DNA of 64,000 nt from Stylophora pistillata (Eukaryota), in NCBI RefSeq assembly GCF_002571385.2, contig NW_019218459.1, positions 76,641 through 140,640 of the forward strand. Direction: 5' to 3'. The position numbers and the translations under genes are program-made. Shown in pieces: positions 25,793-40,000 of the stretch. How positions within the stretch are numbered: the first letter of the stretch is position 1; every line of letters starts with the position of its first letter. Below the pieces are notes generated by a model that saw only the letters and a list, made by a program, of their open reading frames with translations, was not told the DNA's origin and made no database searches.

Positions 25793-28700
25793 TCAGCTGG
25801 TAGTTTCTTTTGTCAGGGAAAGTTTATCCAAAATACGACCAGCGATTGTTTTGTAGGCAATAGTCTGTTGGATTAGATACCAGAAAATTAATGATCATTA
25901 CAGGGATATCAGTCCAAGGAAGGGTTATCAAATAAGTCAGAGGTCTAAAGTTGTCAATACAATATTCTTTATTTAATGAAGGTGATGTAATTAACCCAAT
26001 GAGTTATCTAACTTACGGCCTTCACAACAAACCCACCATCCCACCCCAGGGGACGACATCCATCACACAGTAATCTCTTGTGTGGGAAATTAACATCTCC
26101 TACCCCTACCCCTAACCTTGCAGGAGATGGGACCTCCATTTATTCGTCCCTATCCTAGAAGACTAGAATATCTAACCATTTCTTGATGTTATAGAAAGGC
26201 ACCAAATTCTTCTCAATTATCTTAAGACCTTGAGTGTGTTGGTCCGGCCAGGGCTCAAACCCTTGACCTCCCGCACAACAGTCCAGCACACTATCCATTG
26301 GGCTAAGTGGGGGCTCAGTGAAACCTTGACCTCCCGCACAACGGTCGAGCGCACTATCCATTAGGCTAAGTGGGCGGCAGTTTGGACAGTTACCTGAGGA
26401 TTGTCAGGTTGAGAAACTACAATGGGTTTTCCTGAATCTGAGGTTTCTCTCATGTCGATATGAAGGGGAACATCACCTGGGGAACCAAAGAAAACTGTAA
26501 ATAATTTACATAAAATAGCTTACCCAAAACCTCTTCTTAGAATGTGGTTGGGGAAAACTGTCAAGAAACAATATTCTACATATCTCATGATATTTGACTC
26601 AACCTCAAGTCTGAAAAAATGGAAACTAGGATATGAAATTAGGAGAAAAAAATGTCTTGAATTTTGTACACTCTTAATCCTGTTTCTTCCAGGAATTCAG
26701 TATTTGAATTTGTATCTCTTCACTAAAGAAATAATAAGTAATTTGTCGTGTTTACCCAAGAGTTCTAAATCCATTTCCTTTGCAACATCTCTGGCACCAT
26801 CATGGCCAAATATGTAGGCTTTGTGGTCACACTTGGGACATACATAATGGCTCATATTTTGAATTAGTCCAATAACCTTAATTTTAAAAAGAAAAAAAAA
26901 TTATTACAGTGAAGAATATGTGATTTTTAAAAAAAAGTCAACATCATTTTTGTTTACAACATAATGAACATAGTAAACATCCTCTACCACACTTACTGGT
27001 ACATCAACCTTTCTGAACATCTCTGTGCCTCTACGAGCATCAAGCAGTGCAATATCTTGTGGTGTAGTGACGATCACTGCTCCTGCACAAATGTGTATCA
27101 GTATACAGAGTTATTAGATGGGACCCATGGTGGCTGGAGCCACTATCTTGTGTCAACTTTTGAAGGGTCTCTCTCTATCCAGGAGAGAAAATGGGTATTA
27201 ATGAATTGTCAGGGAAGCCTGATCAACTGCAGGCAGATCTGTTTTGATGGACCACCATTTCAACTGAGAAATCTGTGAGGTTTTGGAACCAGCTAACCTT
27301 TTCTAACTATGGTAGTATAAAGTGATCTTCAGTATTGTTTCTACCCTTTCATGTATTTGTTCCATTTCTTGGACCTAATGTGCACAACATTCAGTAACAT
27401 TCCAATCCCTTTGAACTAATTGATCAGAAGAAACTTCCAACTAATGTATTTGGTTGCAAAGTGTGCACCAGAGTTTAATTGCAAGACTTGAGGTGATTGT
27501 GAGCCTCACCCAATACTTGCAGAGCTCACCTGAAATAGGAATTAGTTGTGAGATAGACAGCTGGGTATCTCCTGTCCCAGGAGGCATGTCAATCACTAGA
27601 ACATCCAGCTCTCCCCATGCCACTTGTCGTAGTAACTTTTCCACAGCTGACATCACCTTTTATGTTTCAAATAAAAAATGTTATGAAAAAATTTTCTGTC
27701 AAACTCACTTTTATTTCTATGATTTGATTCAATCTCCCTTTGCTGTTATACATTTCCTTTAAAATTGGTTTCGAGAATGAAGTAGTTTGTCAAGATAACA
27801 GAAACACCCTCCAGCTGATGTTTGTTTATTCATATCACCTGTTTGTTTGTTTATTTATACCCCTTGCAGAATATCTGAATTGTATACATGGAAGTAAGCT
27901 TACAAAATACAATAAATAATGGCTTTTTATACATTTTGCTTTAAATAAGTGGCAAACTTGTGTGTTACAAACTTTCCAAAACGGTCAGTTTTTGTGCTTT
28001 TCACATAACTAGTAGAAGAAGACCTAAGATTGTACTTGTTACTTGGTTGAGGGAGGTGGCTTTTGACAATATTGAAAACAGGGTTTGACACTGTCAAACC
28101 CTGTTTGTTGAATGATGTATTCAATGACAATTATTGTGAGAAAAAGTTACATGGTCATGGTAGTATTCCCAAGGATTAATCAGGGTGAACTCACCATTAA
28201 CCCTCTCCACACAATTGGTGCCCCTTCCTCCACCAGGAAGCCCATGGACATACTGTTAAGTGAAAAATGAGTTATGATGAACATGATCACTTAAGGGTCG
28301 AGCAAGAGTTCCTTAAACTCATCAGTTATAGATTATTTTTATTATTTTTATAGTAAATTTTTCTTATTCTTTTGCGTTGAACTTTTGAAGACTTTGCATT
28401 TCCTTTGTCAAGAGACTCAATGTAAGATATAGACTACCTAAACAGCACATAATTTTATTATTCATAGCCATATAATAATGTAGTTTAGGTTAGTGATATT
28501 TTTTCTTAAAAGGAGAGTTGTAACTTGCAAGATTTTTTTTATTTTTTATACACTTTCATGTTAGATTCAATAAAGGTTATTTCTTAACATGATTACTGGT
28601 TTATCAGAGAAACTACAATGAACACAATTAAATAGCGATTAAGTAGCGGTGCAAGTGACAAGCAGTCACCTTAGCAAATAGAAATTCTTAATTACTCTCA

Positions 28701-31652
28701 TGATAAGAAATACCATACAAAGTTAATTTACGAAGGAAGTGACCTTACCAAGGTACTCCAAAATTCACCAATGGCTTCATCTTGCTTTCTTAATTTAGAC
28801 AAAAAATGAAACAGGTAAATAACTCTTTAAGTAGCCACAACTGCCCTCAAATCAGGATTCTTTAAAAATGTTTTTCAAGAAAATTTCACATAGGGCCATA
28901 CAGGTTGTTAATAATAATTCTTAATTTTTACATGAATCGGGCAGTCAGAGGGCCATAACTAAAATCAACCAATCAAAATGCTCTATTGCCAGTCAATATT
29001 CTCTCAGTATTGGACTGGGCACTGTCCCGAATGGTTCCGAATGATACCTCACTTGTGTCCCTTTGAACTTCAGTCGTATAATAAATCTCTTTTTAACCAA
29101 GCTTGCACAGGACAGTACTGGAAGAATATCGGCCCTTGGTCTTTTTTGTACGGACCTTGCTGCGCTTGGTCCGTACAAAAGAGACCTCGGGCCTATATTC
29201 TCCCAGTACGGCCCACGTGCTCGGTTAATAAGATATATATATTCAACAGATCAAGTATAACATATATTTTAGTCTGTGATAGTATGGAATAATTACATAG
29301 GCCATGATGGTTATTATTGGGTCTAAGTTTAGTTTATAGTCATTTCTTGGGTCATAAACATCAACTTTGTTTTCCAAATGACCACTTTGACACAGAGTGT
29401 ACATGAGCTGCTATTTGATGTGCAATCAAGCTCAGATGTCTTCCAGCAGTGGCAGTTTTAAGTCCAACTGCAACATTGTGGATAAAGTTAACTGAATTTT
29501 TCCTTTATCAGTTCATGATAACCAACAGTGCTCAAACCTTTAGTTAGCTCTGGCTGTCCTCTTAAGTTCATCATTTTTGGTATAGATGGTCCATATATAT
29601 CTGCATCAAGAAGCCCAACATGCAAAGACTAGGAAAAGAAAAATAGGTGTTTAGTGAATTCAAGATAGATAGTTTGACTAATATTTTTCCTGCAAAGAAA
29701 AAATTCAGGACAAAACACTGTAACATTTCTATGACATGTGAAAATGATTCTTCAACAACAGCAGATCCCTAAATGAAACAGTTTCCATTCTTATCTTACA
29801 TCAACTGTGAAACCAAAACAGACCTAAACAATCCTTAGCAGCCTGAGAGGTCTAACAAAAGTGCATGAGACAGCAAAATCTAAGGAGTGCATCTGCATCT
29901 TTCCTTTGTTCCCTCCATTCAGAAAACATTATGTTAAATTTCAACTTCAAACCTGTTTGCTTGCAAGCATTCCCAGAGCCAGATTCACTCGGAAAAGTAA
30001 CAAAATTAAAACACAATTTAAAGAAACAAACTGTGTTTAAAAAATTCATGATTGGTAATTAGTCTAAAACAATTAGATGAGTTCTGGAAGGGGTCTAACC
30101 CTAAAAGAAAAGTTATGGTTCTGTGATTAGTAACACTTATGGCTTGTAAAACTCAACAAAAAGGAGAAACACATGAACAGAACAAGCGAAGATGAACACA
30201 ATATCAGCTGATACTAGGCCTGTGTTCCCTTGACAGGATTGCTTGCATACTCAGGGTATGTCATAGCAACAACAGGGAGAGCTTTTATCTGCTATTGGAC
30301 ATAGATTACACCATTTGGATTTTATATTGAGCAAACTTTTCTTTGCTATCTTGATCTGAGTTCTTCCTCCCCCCCTCCATTCCCAACCCAAAAGAAAAGG
30401 AGCAGGTACTTTGTAATCCTAAAGCACACAAGGTTTGACTTAAAGAAAGAAACAAGCAACTAAAACTTGGAAATTGTGTTTGATAACTGATGCTCTGAAA
30501 AGTTAAAATCATTTAAAAAAAAACTGAAATATTAATTGTTATTTGTGAAAAAGGTATCAGCTTTATGAAGACTATTACATGAGAAACAGGGCTAGAGCTA
30601 CTTGATAAACATAGAATTTGTAAAAATTTAAGTAACTACATATAAATGAAGACTTCATTCACTGACTTGCAATTTATACCTGAGGTTGTGGATTTTCCAA
30701 CTCCTCCCTTGCCAGAGGCCACAACTACCACATGCTTCACACCATCCACTGGTCGCTTCTTAGGTAGACCTCGAGCCATTTGTTGCTTCTGATGTTCTGC
30801 TAATGAATTACTCCTATTTTTGATGCCCTTCAGAAACAGAGAAAAAAAAGCAACTAATCTTATAACAATAAATCCTCCCTTGAAAAGAATGAAGCAAATT
30901 TCAGCCAAAATTTAATAGAATACCCATAAATCTAAAGTGACAGACGTCTCCTTACCCTTGAGCATCTGGATGATCGAGCTGCATGATTTTTACTAGAACT
31001 GAGGTGAATTTACTCCATAGACATAAATTCATATATTATCCAAAAACATTGCAGAGTTTTCCTGGAATATCGATACTCCAATAAGCTTACCACAAATACT
31101 GCACAAACTACTTTAATCTTGTTATCATACCTTAACCTGTGGTACTAGTTAAGTTTAACGGCGAGATCCAGATACCCAACCTTTCCCGCCTGTTGTTAAC
31201 CTCGTGCCCCTCACCAAGGAGAGTTCTCTTTTCTTTTCAGAGAAGAAAAAAAGAAGAGCAAAACGAACATAATTTTTAGCCTTGCGGATAAAATATTCCA
31301 ACAGATGCAAATGCTAGAAATGAAGCACATCACAGTTGTGTTATCCATAGGGAGCTCGAGATGCAAGTCGGAAAACGGAACGACGCAAATTAGGACGCTT
31401 TCAATTTTCTGTGACAGATGCGAACAGAAGTTTATATCAGTGAACACCAATGATACACAACGAATATGTGAAATTCTTTACTGCGAGGATCGTGCATAAA
31501 AAAGTGAACATCATATTAGCACCTACCAGTGGATCGTCGTGAGATGAAGATAGTGCTGCACAAATGTGCTTCTTTGCTTTGAGATGGGAGGCCGGTATAG
31601 AAGAAAATGATGGTATTGTTCTGGATAAAATTCTGTGTACAACGGACGCCAT
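25793..31652 (-). CDS. NUBPL: Mitochondrial Fe-S protein NUBPL/Ind1 (Mrp/NBP35 P-loop ATPase)
   Basis: Presequence-like exon 1 ([11 protein letters not shown]...), [60 protein letters not shown], last exon [15 protein letters not shown]. Confidence 0.94.
26135..26378 (-). mobile_element. SINE with tandemly duplicated tRNA-like head
   Basis: Two copies of CTTAGCC.AATGGATAGTG.GCT.GAC.GTTGTGCGGGAGGTCAAGG, then the body. Confidence 0.65.
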
Positions 31653-31996
31653 CTTTGTTATTGAAAAATATGTCATGTAAGTGAATTCAAATTGTCCTTC
31701 CATGTGGAGCATTCTCTCCCCAGTTTCACGCGTAAAACATCCGTTATTATGTTTTGTATTTTCGTAAATTTACGTCGTAATTTCTTCCTCGTGATCATCC
31801 AGAAATGATTTCCCCTTCTTCCTTATCACCGAATCCTCAACAAACGCTCTAAGTTAATTAAGTTAATTACACAGTAGCTCTGTACTTTCGCCTAAACTGT
31901 TTAAAGCCTTTTAGAACAGTTAAACATTAAGGAAGATGTCTTTTGTTCGGAGTCAGTTTATTGTCTAAGAATGACCTATGCCGTGATAAACACACG

Positions 31997-32010
31997 ATTG
32001 CCATGGAAAC
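31997..32010 (+). promoter_or_regulatory. RFX X-box-like motif ATTGCCATGGAAAC
   Basis: One mismatch from the X-box consensus GTTNCCATGGNAAC; ~117 bp upstream of ATG 32127. Confidence 0.45.
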
Positions 32011-32126
32011 TAATCGATTAAAGCAGCAACAGGCTCACAATGTTTTGTGATATTTCACACAGGAATTTTCGCTGTATTGGTAGCGTGCGTAATGTAACTA
32101 ACGTCTAATTGATTCGATTTCAAGAG

Positions 32127-34683
32127 ATGTCCTTTGCCACTTTTGATGACGATGACGAAGATGGGATCGATCGATTAATCTTGTCGCTTGAACGAATTTC
32201 TCATGAACTGGATGAATCCATAGCATCGACCGACGTCTTGAATGCGAACGACACTCTGTTGACTGGTTGGACTGTAGACCGTTCTGTAGCCCCAAATGAA
32301 AACAAATCTTCGTCCTGCCGATCCTATCTGGCTGTAAAAGACTCCAAAGATTTGAGATCGAGTACGCCTCGAAAGATATTTTCTCGCCAGAGAAATCGTA
32401 ATGACGTGATCGAGTTCAAGCATTACTTACATCCTCACAAATACATCGAAGAATACAGGAATGAAAAGACGAAGCGACAAGAAGCTGCTCTGAAAGAATT
32501 AGCAAACAAGACTGATGGACGCAGAGCGTCTGACAGCAATGTAGAGTTGAGAAAAACTTGTACAAATTGCTATCATTTAGAAAACAGAACGTCCAAACAC
32601 GTTCCTGGTGTTTTAAGTATGAAGGAAGTCCAAACAGTTGAAGATGACAATGCAGTTAAGCCGTTCATTGTTGTCAAATCAAAAGGATTGACTCGACCTG
32701 CTAATTTGCCAATGTCGGGACAATTCCACGGCAGAAAACTTCAGTGGAGACCCTCTGTTACCAACAGAAAGATAGCTCACTCAAAGCCTTCACCTTGGTA
32801 AGACAGTTTTATTTTTAATTGCTTCACAAGTTACGCGCGAATGCAATAATGACGATCATTAAAGTTGTCTAAATATTCATATTAAACCTCCAAACATCAT
32901 GCCATAAATTACTGACTCCTTCAAACAAACTAATCTTTAGGTTTTGGGTTTAACCATTGGCTCTTTTCACATTTTTATATACATATATAAAATTCATACA
33001 ATAATCCATTCGTGAGGTCATTCTTCAATTATCTTCAATTGGATTTTGATCGTGCGCAAAGCGCCAATGGATCGAAAGAAATGCTTGAAATCTTGAAATA
33101 CAATAAACAATCAAAACAAAATTTGACTGACGAACGAGTTCGCCAGTTGTTTGGGCCAGGACGGCTCATGGGCTTGTCTTCTTTATTTCAAAATAATCTT
33201 GCTTACGAATTTTGGTACTCATAGCGTGGCCTGACTGCACGCAAGTTCGTCCCCGGCCGGAAATTCTTCTCTTCTTTCCTCTTCCCAGCTAATTGGTAGA
33301 AGTGCTGTCCATTTACACAAACGTAGATCCCACTCGCAAGCTGCAGTCATTCATTTAAACACCTGAACGTTAACTATACTTAAGAAGTGAAGGAGATTAG
33401 TCAGTAACTCTTTCTCTTTCTATAGGAGTCAAGCACACATTGACGTGACTCTTGAGATTACATCACAGGGTGGCGGTGACGTCAGTCAGTTGGTCCACAC
33501 TGGCAAGCAGGTAAGGCTGTGTAACTTTCTTATGAATTTGCTGGTTTAGAGGAGCAATAGCAAAACCGTCTTGTACATGTATGTTGTTGAAATAGATCCT
33601 TTCCTTACTGGCACAAAATTGAATTGGTGGCAGATTAGGGGAGATGGTTGACCGCAGAACCAGTATTTACGATCATAAAGGGTACTGTGTACCACCTTAT
33701 CTGCGATCATCCGTAAATCGTTAAAAAAAATAAATAAATAAAATCGGCCCAAGAAACACAACCAGCCATCTTGACCTGTTGATTGACTAAACTTAGGTAA
33801 TTTAGGATCTACTATGTACCCAGATTACTCCAAATAATTGCACAATAAATTCACTGACAAACTCATGTTTTGTTTTTATCATTTTGACTATCATTAAAAA
33901 CGAGTAGTAATGCGTTTTGTGACTCCTTTGTGGTAGGAATTCCGGATAAACGGTTTTTTAGAGAGCAAAAAAAAGTAACATTCAAATCTGAAGGAGTGTG
34001 GTAACCAGCAATTCAGATATAACACCTCGTGGGTTTAGAAACTAAGGGAGGTTTAAAACTATCTGTGAGAAGGAGGAGGTTAAAATTGAACAGAACCCTG
34101 AAAAAACACCTTTGAAACTGTCTTCGATATTTGATGACTTTGACAACAGGAACCTTTGGAAATTTCATTTCCACAGAGCGAGGATTACAATTTCTTCCAA
34201 GAAAGAAGATCATCCGCGAACTTGGTGATCAAGAGAGCAGAATTAGGAGGTTCACCAACTGCAATGCTGCGAACAGACAACAAAAGTCCGCCCCCATCAG
34301 CTCGAGCTGTTACTTCTCAAGCTATCATTACTCAGTGCTCTCCGATAGAAAAATGCGACGCATGGGTTAAAAGCCGAGAAAATGAGTTAGGAAATTTCTC
34401 CAGCAAAGCAAAGGAACCGCTCAGCGCAAAACCGCCGACTGTTCGAGGACTTCTTGCGCCATCTGGATTCACTGCACCGCTGTCTTTACGCGGTAACTCG
34501 CTGAGTTCTCCTCCGAAAGATTCGCCTGGTTCACGATCGACGGAAAGCTCAGCGGGTTCAACCGGGATGGATTATTCTAAATACACTGATATGTTTAAGA
34601 ACGTGTTAGAATTTTACGGAACGAGACGTTTGAGGCCAAAATCGCATTCAGCAGTGGAACAGTTATTAACCATGAAAACATGA
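32127..34683 (+). CDS. Uncharacterised ~430-aa mostly disordered protein. Exons: 32127-32797, 33426-33510, 34150-34683
   Basis: Three exons join in frame through canonical GT-AG sites (phase 2, then 0); Ser/basic-rich with RRASDS, RRSSAN and RPKSHS; no domain recognised. Confidence 0.7.
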
Positions 34684-37035
34684 AAATCGCTTATTTGTAC
34701 TGACAGAGACTGGCTCTCCGTTGGCCAGTCTGCTGGCAGACTGTGGCAGGTGCATCCACAAGTTCTTTTTAAAAGTTTGCATCCCAGAATCGCTGCATTG
34801 CACGGGAAAGATCTCGTCAAGTTCTGCGCTACTCTGCAAAATGGGTTTCAGGAAATCAATTTGTCTCAAATCTGCGAGAAAATTTCAATACGGAATCCCG
34901 CCTTTAAAGGAATGACCACTCTACAGTTGGGACGCACATTAAATATACAAGCGAGTATTGCAGTAAAGCTCTATGAACAACAAGTTATTCCAGCTCTCGT
35001 TGTTTATTATTTGCTTTTTAGGTATAATTCTACGAGCTTTCGATCCCAAGTTCTGCAATAAAATTGGCTTCGCTTCTCACTCTCCATTCCATGATAGATA
35101 GTGAGTTAACTAAATAGACTAACAGAGGGCTGTTACGTAACAAAAACAAACTCATAGGTTTAAACCTATCTCGTTGTTAACTTTTGAACAACTTCTAGAT
35201 TTATGAACAAACAACTAGATTATTTGCTCTCCATTTCTATGCTTTTAAGTTGATTTAGGTTTCTCTCTCATCAACGATTACCAGATAGGAAACTCTAGCT
35301 CATAATCTAATTGTTAACAAAGAGCGCACAGGTCTCAAGTGTCACCAGGAACGCCAAAACCAAAGAAAACCCAAACGGGCAATCACAACAGAGGAAAAAG
35401 TCGTAAAGAGCCAGTGAGAAATCGAAGTATAAAAACTTCAGCGTTAGATATACGCGGCAACTTACGCACAATTAGCTGGGAATTGCTTGTAGGGTTATAA
35501 TTGTTTTAACATGTACAGCGAGCGTGTAAATATGTATCAAAATTTGTACATAAAAAGGATCTAGAACAGTATGATAGAAAATTTACATTTACGTTCATGC
35601 CAAATAACAGATAAATATAAATAGAAAGTCAAAAGCGCACGATGGTTGATCATGAATATATGGTTTATTATGGCTCTGTTGCACTTCTCTCTTCTTGACC
35701 GTGAACTATCCAGCACCCAGCACCGCACATCATGCGCCGGCGAAACGCAATGACATCAAGCATCAAAAGGGGTAGGGGAGGGGAGGGGAGGGGGGGCTTT
35801 TGAAAATATGAAGGGGGGTGATTGTTAAACTACAAGAAAATTTTGCCACTAACTGTAACTACTTTTACGATGGTGATAATTTTGAGCTATCTCATAGCAT
35901 GTCTTGAATATTTCTCAATTATGTCTGCAACCTGATCAGAAATACGATGTTGCAAGAGACATGCAAAGATCTGCTGATACTCAAATATAAGAACGTGCAG
36001 GCTGGGCTTAAAATTACTTTTCGGTACTTTTTCAAAACTTAGAAATACTTTTTCAAGGCCCTCTGTGGAAAGCAATCAGCGTAATTGCGTACACAAAAAT
36101 CATTCGTTTTCTTTTGCGTAGTATGATACAGGAAAACCGCAGCGCGCATCAACGCACAATTTATCGACCACGATTTGTCCTTAACTAAGAAGATAAATCG
36201 CGAAATCAACTAGCCTGCTTGTTTAGTCGAGTGTGTGATTGCTGCGCACAAAATAAAGATGTCTGACAGTTTTTTTTTTTTTTTGTACAAAAGAAAAACT
36301 AAAATGAACGATTCTTGTGAGGGGGATGACGTGGTGTGACGACGCCAAACAAGGCTTAGAAGAAAACCGTGATTACTGCAGCTCTCCTGCTAAAAGAAAG
36401 ACAATTCTTTTACTTTTAACTAAAGTTTGAAGAATGTGTCTTTTACTTTTAACAAAAGTTTGAAGAGTTTCAAGTGTGCTTTGAAAAGGAAAGTGTCACC
36501 GACCCTTACAACGACGAGGTGTCGCGGAAATTTCCGTCCCGGAGGAGTCTGTCGCAAATCACGGACATTTATTGAGTGTTACTATTCGTGTGTTCGTAAT
36601 CGGCACGGCTCTTCAAAACAATTTCTCTGTTGAAGCTGGGATTCACACTTCTGTCGTTGTGGACCAAAAATTACATGATACATTGTACTTCGTTTGTCAT
36701 TATTTTATTACCACTCAAACAAATCGAGGGAAAGAAGCCGTTAAGACTATTAAAATATGAACATCTAATCCTTCCGACATGTACGTGTAACATAAATAAG
36801 CAAGGGCAAGCCAATGGATTGAACGAATTTTCTGTTTAAATAGATCTTTTTACAAGATATACAACGCAATAAAATATAATCGTATGCATTATATCAGATG
36901 CTTTTTTCTGCCATTTGTTAGCATTTTGCTATAGCCTATAGCAATTTACGGGTCGCACCTGTATGTTGCGGACCCAGATGTGACCCACTGGCTTTTTGAC
37001 GTTGCCTCCTGAACGCAGACTTGGGTTCTTGACGG

Positions 37036-40000
37036 TCAAAGGATGACACATACAGAACTTTGACCTTGAGACTTGGGCCCAAGCGATCGCCTGCGATTGG
37101 CTGTTTCAAAACAAGAACGAATGGAAATTTGGAGATGAAGCAAAAAAAAAGACGGGAAAATGAGACACAAAGGACGACTTCGATTCTGTTTTAACTATTT
37201 TAGAGGGATGTCGGGGTTAAGTACCAAATTGTCGTACCTTCAATATAAACATCTCGCGTAAACTGGCCGCCAGTCAAAGGGATACTGTCGAATGAAAAGA
37301 ATAAACTGCTGTTATACAGCCAATCCACCCGTGCCACATCACGGACCATGCACAACTCTGAAAAACTAGACTCTTGGATCTTCCGACAACATGAAGCTTT
37401 TAGCCTTCACACTTTCTCACTACAGTGTAAAGTAGACTATCACTTACTTTTCCCCACAAGGGTTGAGTTTTACTTGATAAATACCAAACACGGGCCTGGA
37501 AGAAAAAAACAAACACTCATTAGCACAAGCTAACCAACAGTTTATCATTAAGGTCTCAACACATCATTACAAAACAAAAGCCGTCCTGTAGTCGCTGATC
37601 TTCACCTGTGATCTGAAGTTTTGACTGAAACACAGCTGTTGTACATGACAGGTTGGATACTTGAGGGATCCTTACTGCGATAAAGAACACGATCCTGACA
37701 AACAAGAAGGATTAAAAGAAGCATTAAACGATCCTTCATTTGTGCTTCAATACAAGGCAAGTAACAACTCATTTCTTAAAAAAAAAAAAAAAAGGTATGA
37801 ATGTCCTTTTGACTGGTCTCCTTCCAAGTCGTTCCTTGGGATACCATACAACGATCCTCACATCCAAAAGAACGGCTGCGGAAGGGGTCTAATATCTGAC
37901 AACATTTAAATGATGAAAATGAACCCATACACATTAGAGCTCTGTTCGATTGAGCGCCGTAAAACCAGAATCACACCAGCCAATCAAAGCGACGGTTGAT
38001 CATTAGCCAATCATAACTCAAAGTGAAAACAAGCAAACTGCTTGAAACGTGGGAAAACGCAACTGACCAATTCACGATTGGGTTTAATAGTTTTGCATCC
38101 AATTGGTTGAGACGACGATGCGAGTTTTCTGGACCAATCACATGGCAAAGTAAATGACCCTGGATTACTTCAGACACGATCAGACTCTTAAATGAAAATG
38201 CTCTAACTCCTTTCTTGGCCTCTGTGCTCCAAATAATGAGTTTGAGGGGCCATCTGAGGCATGCCTAAGGCCTCGAAAATAACATGAGTAGAAACCAATG
38301 GGTAAAGGGGTGCAAGATGGAGAGAATAGAAAGATTGTAATCTCTTCTAAGCTTAGCGAATCAAACTGGGAGAAAATATACATATGAAACATCTTGGCCC
38401 GTGAAAAAAGGTAACTCACCGTCCAAGATGGAGTTCTGTTCTTCGAAGATGAGTCATAGTCGTCACTCTGTATGTCATGCTTGTAACTTGGTAGAAATCT
38501 GATGGGCGGTTCCGTGAACCCAACAAACACTTTTCCTGCGTGAAAAAAAAAAAAAAAAATGTGTTGATTTAATTAATGATGCTTGAAGTTTGGAAACAAA
38601 AAAAAAAATTAAAATTACGTTTGGCTTAGTAAAGACGATGTTGAATAAGGGCACTTTTCGGTGAAATAAAAAATAGTACGTCGATTTTAATGGCGTGCTT
38701 GAATTCAAAAAACGAAAAAAATGGAAAAATACTTTTCCTTTTGAATAAGGGAAGTTTTCCATGAATGTCGTAGACCCAGGGCCTTGATAATCACAATGGG
38801 TGATCAGAACCAAAAATAAAATTACGAAATTTTAACGATAACTGAGAGTAAACTCCAGCAAACTGCCTGAAACGCGGGGAAATGCAAAAGACTGAGTCAC
38901 TACTAGCTTCAATTTTTACATCTGATTGGCTGAAAAGATCACACGAGCTTTCGGGACCAATCACAGACGGAGAAAAAGTAAATCAAAAAGCAGTGCCGTG
39001 TAACTTTCAACGCTCACACTGAAATATCCTTTTCAAAAAGAATGTTTTATTGAGTAATCAAGAATCACCTTGCTCGCGTAGGTCTAGTAGCTGATCCTTT
39101 GCTAACAAATCCTGCGAGATAAATAGAATAATAAAAATAATTAGTGATTTTCTCATTTACTTGAGTTTTGTGTGAATGATGGACTGATCAATACTTTAAT
39201 TTTCCTTCAACTCCCTGAAGTGATTGAAATGTAACTTCTCCTACCATTACAACACACAATCATAAAAAATTATATTACGAGCTCGAGATTTCTATCTAAT
39301 AATTAAAATAGATTCCACGTTGCAGTGCTTCTGTTCTGTAACTGATCACGGAACATAAAGTGGCACGTGAGGTGCACCCTTAGTTATCTCTCTGAAAAAC
39401 TCCTCCTTTCCATCCAAACTGCCAGTCAGAGTAAATATCTTCTCCAAAGAAAACAACAACCTCCATCCATGTTATGATCTTTGTATACTAACTTTAAACT
39501 CAGGGTTTTCCTGATCTTTATATTTCTCAAGCATCTCATCCACTTCTGATCTACCAAGAGTCACCCTGAAGTTAAAATCTCCCAACCAAAATACTCGATC
39601 AAAGTTGGCTGTCAAGTCTGACTCTACAACAAAATAAAACAGAATAGGATCACCCTGAAAGTCAATGCTTTTCATTTCATCTACCTAAATTGAAGCACAA
39701 TATCATGAACAAGACAAAATGCCAACTTTTAATAGCAGACATCAAGATAAATGTAACTTGGTCAGGAAGGTAAACAAATACTGGAACCTTGGCAGAGTTC
39801 AATGTACACTAACCATTAGTTCTATCTGGCTGATTCTCAGGTGATAGTGACAGAGACTTGCAGATTGTCTTGTAATCATTCACACGGTCTAGAACTTTTC
39901 CCTCATCAGCTGCAAGACATGAGGCTCTAATGTGAGTTCTAAGATCTATGGTTCAGTTTTTTCTAATCTGAAGAGGCACTGTTAACTCATTTTGGGCAGT

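Noticed and set aside
35085-35135. SECIS element for the TGA at 34681
   Set aside because: ATGA..AA..GA is present but helix II pairing is poor.
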